Shown here: positions 52,361 to 64,000 of the stretch, in pieces
Numbering within the stretch: the first letter of the stretch is position 1
Layout of the letters: each line of letters starts with the position of its first letter
NCBI GenBank assembly: GCA_964016885.1
Contig: OZ024746.1
Location: 65,906,001 to 65,970,000, forward strand
Source of the DNA: Eledone cirrhosa
Taxonomy: Eukaryota
Length of the DNA stretch: 64,000 nt
Direction of reading: 5' to 3'
Program-made: the position numbers and the translations under genes
The notes under the pieces: generated by a model
The model's database searches: none
What the model was told of the DNA's origin: nothing
What the model saw: the letters and a program-made list of their open reading frames with translations, nothing else

Positions 52361-52597
52361 ATCAGAGCAAACAGCACGGACACTCTATCTCAAACTTATT
52401 TTTGAAAAGCATTTAGAAGTGCGCAACCGGTAAAAACTTAAAAACTTAAAACCACAACTGAATACTAACCCATACAATCACTAATACTCTTTTATTCCTA
52501 ATTAAACCATTTTTCAACTGTGAACAATTTGTCAGCATTTTCTATTCCGTTTACCAATATATAATAACTTGTGTGTTATACCTCTATTCTTTTAACT
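52361..52597 (+). mobile_element. Single tailed arm of family E
   Basis: Near-identical to 46463-46660 plus tail ataacttgtgtgttatacctctattcttttaact, then (TA)n. Confidence 0.92.
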
Positions 52598-52657
<60 letters not shown>

Positions 52658-55361
52658 ACTCTCACATCGTCCAGCAAGATGACCAACTGGATATTCGAGT
52701 CATTCCAGAGCACAGAAGTACATGTAGAATTCAGTATATAACAACGTTATATCGGATCCATCCCGTTTCTGGACTCCCGACATACGACGGAAGGTCACGG
52801 AAGTGGCTTGTAGTGAAATATTCATCTAATACAAATTTGCCCTCTCTAACTTCCAAAGTAGGCAACATCGAAAACGATGTCATCCGTATACAATACATTT
52901 AAGTGGCGCCGCGATAAGAGGCGTCGACACCAGGTTGCACCGTGTATGTTGGAAACCAAATATTATCCAGTATCTTTCCCGTAAAACAGAATGCAGGATC
53001 CCAACTCCAGAAAATGAAACAGCTCAACTGCTATTTGCGTGCTTAAAATTACACACAGGGGCTAAAATATTACCGACTCTGTCTGCATATGAGAATAATA
53101 AGACCCGCCACTTCAAGCTTCTCCTCGGTAAAGGAATACATCCCTCTGTGTAGGAACTTGGACAAGGGCCTAACACCTAGAATACTGGCCATACAGCGTA
53201 ACATAGGTCAGGCAAATGCCCTTTTAATAAAACAACTGCGACTATCCATTATTTATAGAAGAAAACGGTTCGAGGCAAAATGGCTAATTTGATTCTTAAG
53301 GCAAAATTCATGAAAGTGCAACCGAAATATCTCACGTGAAGCATTTACAAAATTCAATAACATAGACATTATAAAATCGTTATTCAATCGGTAAGTAGAG
53401 ATCATGGCACATTTAATCGTGCAAGGATAGAATTAGTGTAAATACCAAGGAAGTATTCGTTACACCAATGTTGGAGACTACAACAAAGAAAAAAAAGAAC
53501 TTACTCAATGTATTAGAGCCTTGTTTTATATACCTGTCAATTTTGAATCATACATAACAACAAACACTGAACGCTCGAATAAAGCACATATATCCGGGAA
53601 ACGTCTACCACTTCCGTATAAAGCAAATTTAGAAAATGTGTCCAACGTTATCTGTATAAACTCTTCTACCTGACTGGCTAGCAAACAGTTGATACATTTA
53701 CTTTCCTAGCTCATAAATGCTCTGTTTCGCTATTTCGAGTGTTCTAAAGACACTGCATCTGCTTTTGCTATAGGAAAATATCTTATTTTATAATTCAAAT
53801 TTATGCCATTTGTCACAAAGTTCCACCCTCCACCACCACATGTATATTTATGGAATTTGAAATGTATGACCTTTCTGGAATATAACTGTTCGATATATAA
53901 TGTACATCATCCGACGTAGAAACATTACTAGGTTCTGGAAATCGACATTTTTACATGTAGGTCAATGTCTAAAAGTCACAGGGCAATACAACATACATGA
54001 TAAAAGTCAGAAAAAAAAACAACAAATCTTTCAAAATATAACCTGCAAGATACGTCTAGAGATGTTGGGAACCACTCAAAAATAAAAAAAAATGTAGTTA
54101 GAAATTTAAAAAGGTCAAAATCTCAAGAGGAATCATACAGACTTCGGTATGATTAAAGTAAAAACAAAACATTGCCAAGGGTAATATATTAGAATTCACA
54201 TAAAAAGGATACTAAATTATCAAATGTGGAAGAGCAAACTTCGTAAAAAAATATATTACTTCTAGTCGTGTCATTTAAATTAAAATATATATTAATTTCC
54301 TGAAAGAATGGTACAGTAGGTGAAAATAAGAGTACATAAATTAAAAGCAAAATACTATAAGGTAGTAGACATCGGCAGTTGAAATATCTATTTAATGGGC
54401 AAACCACAAGGTGAAATATAGGGAAACATAAAGCCGGCAAGCTCTTAATAAATTATACTGGAATAAGATTGAAATAATACAAAGTAATGCATACTGGTCA
54501 GAGTAAGTTTTGAATAATTTAAGTTATGAAAAGAAATGTGTCTTTATATGTATTTGCAGCACAATTGGCGGGAAATGCATTGGGAATTACAGCATCGAAT
54601 AATCACTATAAAAGTGAAAAAGACAGACTTTAGTGTAGCTAATTATGTAGCATGCATTTAATACAAAATTGGGTTCTGGCTTTAATATTACCATATTAAA
54701 GAAATAACCCAACTATATTCAACTCTGCCAAGTACTATTGTAACTACAGGTTATGTGTGGAAGAAACCCGAAGAGATAACGCCAATAAAAATAATATCAA
54801 ATTTGATATTAAAATAGAAATACTGTATTTGTGTATGACTTTGAAAACTGTCATGATTATATATGCCATTGCTGAGAGACGGGAGCTGTACACAATTACA
54901 CGAATACTATATATGATGCATTATGTTCGCGAGTCGTATTAGAAAGAAAATAGACGGTGGGTCTCAGCTCCTCGTCTGACAATTAACGATCCACAGCTCA
55001 TTAACCTTCTTCACAAGGATGAAGACGTTGCTAATTTGAAAGGATGTCACCAGGGTCAATAAGGAGATCCGTCTACATCAAAGGTTCTCAAACCATTTCG
55101 GCAAAACGCCCCCTTTTGCCCCTCAAAATCACGAAAAGCCCCCTTTTCCCCCTCAAAATCAGAAAAAACCGCCCCTTACCCTTTTTTTCCATTTTTCAAT
55201 ATAATACTGATTTTGATAGCAGTAGATTACTGGGCCAAATTAAGTTATGTTAGAATCTTTAAAAGAATATTTAAAAAATACTCGTACGAATTAAATACAA
55301 AAAGTTTCAGTCCAAACGATATATATATATATAAATGAAGAGAGAAAAGGGACGGACAGAA

Positions 55362-55463
<102 letters not shown>

Positions 55464-55599
55464 TTGGTACACGTCTATCTATCTATCTAGCTATCTATCT
55501 ATCCTATACAGGGGGCTCAAACAAGCGGCCCGCGAACTATTTTTCTGTGTCCCATGGTAGAACCAATATTTCATATTGCATTATCACTGGTGAAAATAA

Positions 55600-55812
55600 G
55601 GCGGTGAGCTGGTGGAATCGTTAGCACTTTTGGCGAAATGCTTAATGGTACTTCTTCCGTTTTTACGTTCTGAGTTCAAATTCAGCCGATCAAAACTTTG
55701 CCTTCATCCTTTTGGGTCGATGAATTAAGTACCAGTTGTGTACTAGGTTCGATGTAATCGACTGAACCATAAACCCTAAATTTCATGCCTTGTCCTATAG
55801 TAGAAATGATTA
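55600..55812 (+). mobile_element. tRNA-derived SINE, second subfamily
   Basis: ggcggtgagctggtggaatcgttagc A-box, ctgagttcaaattc B-box, ctttgcc.ttcatcc..gggtcgat..attaagtaccag domain. Confidence 0.88.
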
Positions 55813-55954
55813 TAACTGGTAAAAATCTTCACCCACCACCACGTTTGGCCCACTGTGCTTCTCCTCCAGGACGTAATAGCCCTTTTCTATCCTTGAGTAT
55901 GAGACCCCTTACACACACACACATACATATACTTTACTTTTTTCTGTCTCTGGA

Positions 55955-56350
<396 letters not shown>

Positions 56351-56651
56351 CAAATTAACAATGAAAGAAAAAAAACAAAGTCAAGTTATTTTGTAAGTTT
56401 GTTTTTATTGTTTATTTAATACCTGATATCTGACTCTGTATCTAAAGAATTCAGCGAAGCATACAACTTTACTTTGGATTTTAGAAGATTACATTGAGTT
56501 CTATCTACTGGATGGACCCTACCACCAGAGGTAGAAAAGACTGAAAAAAAAAAATATATATATATATATAAGTGTGTGTATGTGTGTGTATAATATAATA
56601 TATTGCACACACATACGCACATACACACATATATATATATATACATATATA

Positions 56652-56865
56652 CTTACACACTTAAATATAAATCCATGTATATATACAAATGTATAAATGC
56701 ATAGCTATATACATACGTAAATGTATGTATGTATATATGTATATATGTATGTATATATATATATAAATCTATATATATATATAAATCTACATACATACAT
56801 ACATATACACATACATAAATTTACGTATGTATATAGCTATGCATTTATACATTTAAGTGTGTAAG
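56652..56865. repeat. Microsatellite-rich inverted repeat
   Basis: aaatgtataaatgcatagctatatacatacgtaaat / atttacgtatgtatatagctatgcatttatacattt; cttacacacttaaat / atttaagtgtgtaag. Confidence 0.75.
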
Positions 56866-57782
56866 GATGTTGACTTGTTTTATGTTTTCGTTTTTGGTAA
56901 GTAGAACATTTTGTCTCCACATTTTATTACCTAGGGAGATTAAATACCACAGCCCTGGAAAGCTGAAGAGGTTCTCAACCTCATCAAACACTAACGCCGG
57001 CCTGTGTGTGTATATATGTGTGTGTATGTATGTATGTATGTATGTATGTATGTATGTATGTATGTATGTATGTATGTACGTACGTACGTATGTATGTATG
57101 TATGTATGTATGTATGTATGTATGCATGTATGCACGTATGTATGTATGCATGTACGTATGCATGTATGTGTATGTTGGAATGCATACACCCACACCTTTC
57201 ACCAGCATTGCTTCTTTTTGTTGCCATTTCTGTTGAAATTGATCTTGTAACTGTTGGAAAAGTTGTCGTTGTCCTTATTTTAATGTTCTTTCATTTCTTT
57301 ATCTTCCTAGGGAATTCTTTGACAAGCTTCTTTCATTTATTTTCTTCGTTTTCGTCATTCAAATGCATTCACACTGGCTTTCTAAGAGACGTACAAATAC
57401 AACTTATAAAACTTAACAAACTAAAGGGGCTTCCAGCGCGCCTCAACACTTCAAACGCCCCCCTAACGCCCCTTTTCTCCAAAACGCTCCCACCCCTAGA
57501 CCTCAGAACCTCACCCGGGGGGAGGGGGTGCATATGACCCCCGTTGTGAACCTTTGGTCTGCCAACCAAAACTAATAAGTTTGGCTACCCATTAGTTTTA
57601 CATATTGGACGGCTAGTGACTCCCCTGATTTCCTCCAATGAAGCATGCTTAGAGGGGTGCCGTTTTATATAAATATTTGTATGTATGCATCCATGCCTCT
57701 ATGTATGTACGTAGGTAGGCATACATGCATGTACAAACACACACACGCACATCACATAAACACACACACACACACACACACG

Positions 57783-57907
<125 letters not shown>

Positions 57908-59074
57908 GAAATAGATTTTGCAGTAGCAGGATTGAGATATTTTTATATGCTCAAATTAAGTTTTGCTTTATACCTAAATTCATTTTTAATGTCTACGTAC
58001 TTTTATGGTATTTACTTAACATTAACTTTTTCCCACAAAGGCAATATATGAAGTGAAATGAGCAACAGATATTCTAACTTATCAGGCCAAAATATTCATC
58101 ATACGTATTCCAAGAAAAATGGAGGAAATATTGAATTCCATGCATTTCCTTTCTTTTCCTCAAAGATGAACAGCAACACAACATTTTAAAGTTTAGTTTT
58201 GGCTAAATAAAAGCGTTATTTTAGAATTGTTTGTAACAACATTACAGACGTGCTATTATGGGTTTAGAAATAGGAAAATAAAAATGAATGAAAAATAAAT
58301 TTATTCTATACGGTGAAGGAAAATAATTATGGAAACAATTCATATCTTGCAAGGTATAGAAATTGACATAATGGATAAAATACAATTACTTCCAGGCTAT
58401 ATTTTATTTATAAGATTAAACAAACACGAAAAAGGTTAATTATAACTTATTATTTTCAATTGACGTTCAAATTCTTTGTTTTTGCTCTCTTTGAATAATT
58501 CAGTAAATATATTCCTTGTATGTAAACATATATTTGATATACACAACCAAAATAAAAATAGCTATAACGAAAACACTTTTAGTATTAATTATATTTTATA
58601 GACCCGACATCATATTTATATGAGAACAAATGAAACGCTATCATGTGTGTAGCTTTCTATAGCATACTTTGGATTAGGTGATGTACGTAATGATTATCTG
58701 GCAACTAAAGCGCTTCCACGAATTAACCTATTTCTCGCTTTCTCATTCAAATGTATCTTTCATTTTCAGATCAATCAAAATGGATTAAATATTTTTTTCA
58801 TGATTTTGAATATTTTTATATGAATCCACAGTAGAATATTAAATTTAATTTCAAACAATTAAATCTCAGCTCAAATCAATACATTATGAAAAAGTTAATT
58901 TTGAATATGCGATGATTACGAATCAATGCCATTGTAAGGATTCTTTCAAGACAACTGAAATGTTACCTTTTGTATAAGATTTTGAAAAACAGTAAATATG
59001 CAAATGAAGAATGTTTTTTTTCTGTAGAAAATATTATCAACTCATTGGATTGGTTCGTTATATTATACGTTAAA

Positions 59075-60310
59075 TGTATGGAGTATTAACGCTTACAAAA
59101 AAAACCCAGACAGAACAACAAAATAATAATGTGGAAATAAAAAATGTGAATGAGAATGAAAGTGCAAAAAAGGAAGAAACAAGATTCATCATCAAAAGAT
59201 TGAGAGTACTGTTTACTGATCCTAGATTCAATACGACGCCGCTGAATCTTAGATATATAGTGAGAAGTCGTTTAGAAAGTGAAAAGGCCAAAATGTAAGG
59301 GTGCATAGGAAAATTAACGGTATCACCGACTCGAGATATTTAACACTGCAAAGTTTCTGGTAGGTGAGCGAAAGTTATGTAAGGAAACCTGGTGGAACAT
59401 AAGATTGGACGGTGATACAACTCAGCTCAGACAATATCTAGGTAAAAGTGATGCATGATATAGAGGAAAATGAGAGAAACAACACGTGGATATGAGGGAT
59501 ACAATTAAGTTTAAAAGATTCAATGTAGTGATGAAAGAAGTGAATCAGAGAATTAAGGCAAAATCTAATAGAGTTAGGCACCATACAAATAGAGACAAAC
59601 AATACGAACAGTACAGATTGTTCTCTGCATCTCAGAAAAATGTTCTTATAGTTATGAAGAAAATAACGTAAAAATAGAAACAAAAATATGAGAGCTAAAA
59701 GAAAACAGGGGCAGAATGTCATGATAAGACGATGGCAGGACGTACCTCTATATGCCTAACAGCAGACAACTCTATACGTGAAAGAATTATACAAGGAAGA
59801 TGCATTAATCTGGTTAAGAAGTGCAGGACTAAAAGCTAAAACAAGGGTTTTAGGTATAGCACAAAATATGAACCTTTCAACCAAAATCTACGAATCACGC
59901 GTAATGAAACATAATGAAGTAACTCCAGAATATGTGGGCATAGGTAATAAACAATTAGCTTAGTCGCCAAGTCATAGACAATAGAAATATATATCTAGAG
60001 ACACAAAAAGCTGGGATTTATATACAAATAGATGTTATACTCTCGTTATGTAATACCAATAGAAATGACAATATGACTGTAATCTATGATCTGCCAATGA
60101 ACACTGGCAATGCGAACAAGGTTAATAGACAAAATATTATAGTGAAATACCACGAAAAAACAAAAGTTCTTTATCAAAAATATAATATCGACACATTTAC
60201 GGAAGATTAATAATCCAAGAGGTTTAATACGCATTTTTAGTATTGTAAACCTTATAACAAAACAAAGAAACAAAAATACAAGTCAGATAATATTATTTGG
60301 AACCATTCCG
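59075..60310 (+). pseudogene. Old, internally deleted R4-like retroelement relic
   Basis: PLNLRYIVRSRL ~ [47 protein letters not shown]..SQK ~ [50 protein letters not shown] ~ [12 protein letters not shown] of the 1130-aa ORF; RT core missing. Confidence 0.75.
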
Positions 60311-60479
60311 ATCAAATTACTAAGGAGACAATATAAACATATTCTAATAAGGTAATTGTTTCTACTTTTGGCACAAGGTCAGCAATTATCCCAGTGATAT
60401 ATGATGTCTCGATAAGATAAACGCAAACATTGTGAACAATAATACTATTGTTGAACACATTACATTATATAATACTTTA

Positions 60480-60950
60480 GGGCGTTGCATTGGCAATATA
60501 AGTAGAGAGTCGGACACCATGTTTTGTAGTATAGATTTACAGCCCTTTAGGGTCTAATTTCAAATCTCGCTGAGGTTAACTTTGCCTTTCAACCTTACGG
60601 AATCGATAAAATAGAATACCAGTAATGGTAAAAAAAATAAAGTACCAGTAATGCACTGGTGTATTGCTGACCTTGTGCCAAAAGTAGAAACAATTATATA
60701 ATACATAAGGACGGTGCATTATATAATACATAAGGATGGTGCATTGGCAATATCCGGTAGAGAGTCGGACGCCATGCTTTGAAGCATAGAGTTACGGTCC
60801 TTTACGGACTGAGTTCAAATCCCGCCGAAGTTAAGTTTGCCTTTCATCCTTACGAGGTCGTTAAAATAAGGCACCAGTAATGTACTGTGGGTGATGTAAA
60901 CGACTTTCCCCTTCCCCAAATTACTGGCATTGTGCCTATAATAGACATTA
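60480..60950 (+). mobile_element. Two tandem SINE copies (60480-60695, ~60734-60950); minus-strand 3' fragment at ~60355-60395
   Basis: A/B boxes and central domain as in the 34567 SINE. Confidence 0.88.
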
Positions 60951-62020
60951 TTATATAGTACCTAAAATGAATTCTTAAATATTGCTCACTGTATTTATTC
61001 TACGCATGAAACTTACAATTAAAACATACTCCCTCCATACTTGTTTTACAAAATCCCTTCCGAATACTATAATGTATTTCACGACAAATTATATACAACA
61101 GTAAGAAGTATATCTGAGAAATATGTGAGTTATCGATTTAGTTCAGTTAAAAAAAAAAAACACAACGGTAAGGCTTACATCTATGAATCACCAGGTCAGA
61201 CTCTAACACCTTGTTAACTGACACTTTACGAAGGAGGCATTCAATAAGGATGTCACATATAATCTCTTTCTGAAACAACAATCTCAGTGATCACGTCCGG
61301 AAAGAATCTATTCAACTATTCATACAAACCAGGAAAAAGCTTTTGTAGAACTATCATACCGCCATTCAATGCATTCTTTTAACAATATCATTTATTCACT
61401 CTCTTTGGTTTTCTCTAGGAGCTTCAAACTGCGTCAATTAGTAAATTCAGTGCATGCAGCATAATAGATTACCACGAAATATCGGCAAACATGATATTTC
61501 TTGCTTCATTACGTACATTCTTTTCTAAAAAATAGATTTTAAAGTTTCAGCTACAATCTTCTGAAAAGGGGGAATAAAAAAAAAAGTAAATCCAAGAATT
61601 TTGCGGAATGCATATGCTCTTAAATTATTATCAAGATTTATGTATGACTTCACAAAAATATCTACACACTGCACTTAGATTAACAGATATGCGTAGCTTT
61701 GCGTAAATAAACATTCAAACGTAAACTTTAGCAAAAAGCAAATCAAGAGGGAGTAATACAAAACAAAATCATTCACACTTTAGCTATAACCCGATCCAGA
61801 TACATATACACATATCAACCCACTCTTAAAAACGTTGCCAAACACGAAAATCATTAAAGAATATATACAACTAAAATTGTACTTAAAATGTACTTAAAAT
61901 ATATCAACGTATTTCTCTGCTGAATCATTGCTAATGCTTCGATATCCACTACAAATGATGTTAAATAAGTGAACGCGAATGCACAGCTAGCAGAAAATAT
62001 ATTATAATTTTCAAAATATA

Positions 62021-62200
62021 ACTGTTTCTACTTTAGGCACAAGGCCAGCAATTATCCAGTGCATTACTGGTACTTTATTTTATCGACCCCGTAAGGATGA
62101 AAGGCAAAGTCAACCTCGGCGGGATTTGAATTCAGATCGTAAAGGGACGTAACTATGCTAGAAAGCATGGCGTCCGACCCTCTACCGATACTGCCAATCC
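62021..62200 (-). mobile_element. Near full-length SINE
   Basis: Nearly identical to 51173-51355. Confidence 0.93.
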
Positions 62201-62221
62201 AGATACACAATAAGAAGTATT

Positions 62222-62224
<3 letters not shown>

Positions 62225-62290
<66 letters not shown>

Positions 62291-62335
62291 TCTCTCTCCC
62301 TCTCTCTCTCCGTCTCTCCCTTTCTCTCTCTCTCT
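62225..62335. repeat. (CT)n microsatellite
   Basis: Direct reading. Confidence 0.97.
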
Positions 62336-63893
62336 ATAATAAATTTCATAATTATGATACATCGCAAATAGCCAATAATACATATTCATTAAGTTACCGG
62401 AATCCACATCGTAACTGATTATACAAGAGTTTACATTGCCCTAGGAATAGTACATGGAAGACGTCAACAAAAGTCTCATATTGTGCTTTAGATTATACCC
62501 GGTGTGTATAATCTAGGTTCATGTTCGTACACATCTCATACCAAGAGGATAAATATCTCGACTTACGTCCTCCATCTTCTATTAACATAATCGAAGACAC
62601 CAGGAAGGAATTTATTGAGTGGAGGCATGATGTGGTTGACATAGAACACCAAATATTACACAGTATATATTTACATTTGAAACTAAAACTGAGCTGATTT
62701 ATCTCATTATACCTGGCATATTCTAGGAATCTCTTATTTTCGTTAAAATCCACAAGAATTTGCATCATGTCTTAATGCAACAAAATGGGTATTATTATGC
62801 AATATGGGATGTTTGTTTGTTTAACAGCAGTGATGCCTCATATAATGTGGATCGTTGTGGTTCGTAAAGTGTCAGAAACTGATAAATACGGAATTATTTT
62901 CTCCTCTTTTCGACGGTGCTCTCAAGAACATACACTTCTGACTGTGTAAACATATAGAGGAGTTAATATAAACACTTTCAAATGTGTAGATTGCATCAAC
63001 ACTCTGGCCGTCTTGATTTTTCAAGCGTTATTTCACTTTAATTATCGCCGACATTTCTGTGATGAGAAACAATTGACCGCCAAAGAGTCTCATTTCGCAA
63101 TACATAAACCTTACTCGTTTGTGATAAGTATAAAGAAGCCAATATTGTGACGAATGCCATTGAACAAGATGAAAGGGAGAAAAAAGCTATACTATATCCT
63201 CTTCAAACGTTGATTTTACCACTTAAGCTTAAGACATATTGTGATAGAGAAAGCAAACATGAGTGTATGATATTTATTACTTTTTCAAAGATATAAGCGA
63301 CGAAAGTGAATAAGAAAGATTACTCTAGAAAATTGTGTAGCGGTCTGGTTGCTCCATTAATATAATTTTATTTTACTCCAAATTTTCTTTTTTCTAATCT
63401 ACTGCACTAGCCAGAAAAAAGAAGTAATGTATACTTTATTACATAAGCCTTAATACATTATGGTATACAGGATTCGTGTGTTTTCAAAATAATACAAACC
63501 AATGCTAAATTCTACTAAAGTTATTTTTTCTATGAGAAGCGTTTTTGTTTCTAATTTCACCTTCTTTCCTTCTCATTTTTACATGTCAACCTTCTGTTAA
63601 TGGAATTCCCGCAGACATATACAGGAGACGATAATGTAGTGATGCCATGTTCCTGTAGATCCTTTCAATCGGTCTCTCTTATCCTCTCGTGACGGTTTCG
63701 AACGCAGAAAATAGAAACTTCGAAAATAGAAGCTGCAAATATATTTCATCCATTCGAGTTAAAATAAGTTCACTATGGAAAACATAAGATTTTTATATAT
63801 TCGAAATTCGTCTCATATGGAAACGCGTTTGTGAATAATATATATATATATGTATGTATGCAAAAGGTAAACAGAAATAACAACACAATCAGT

Positions 63894-63964
<71 letters not shown>

Positions 63965-64000
63965 TAAATCATATATCACAAATCCTTAGAATTATTAGAT

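Noticed and set aside
56960-56990. CTGAAGA-GGTT-ctc-AACC hammerhead-like start
   Set aside because: No GAAA or stem III/I follows; at most a fragment.

Overview
AT-rich eukaryotic (animal) repeat-dominated DNA with no recognisable host protein-coding gene; the SINE families and massive (TA)n/(CA)n arrays suggest an octopus/cephalopod genome (inference). Nearly all short ORFs in the track are microsatellite artefacts (YI/CV/TH repeats) or antisense shadows. Recognisable elements: one apparently intact R4/Dong-type RLE non-LTR retrotransposon (1130-aa ORF, minus strand) in (TAA)n repeats plus a truncated copy and an old relic, decayed Tx1/L1, RTE and CRE retroelements, a non-autonomous Helitron, a hAT-type element and about 14 tRNA-derived SINEs. 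The most striking feature is invisible to the ORF track: at least eight distinct families of short non-coding fold-back elements inserted in (TA)n tracts. They share one architecture (a long arm with a 3' tail plus a tail-less inverted arm), and many carry type I hammerhead ribozyme motifs, some with covarying stems. They look like Penelope-like pseudo-LTR / retrozyme elements, including a ~430-nt tandem monomer and a circularly permuted ~510-nt monomer, with fold-back points that map to ribozyme landmarks. All alignments and folds were done by eye; ribozyme activity is untested.
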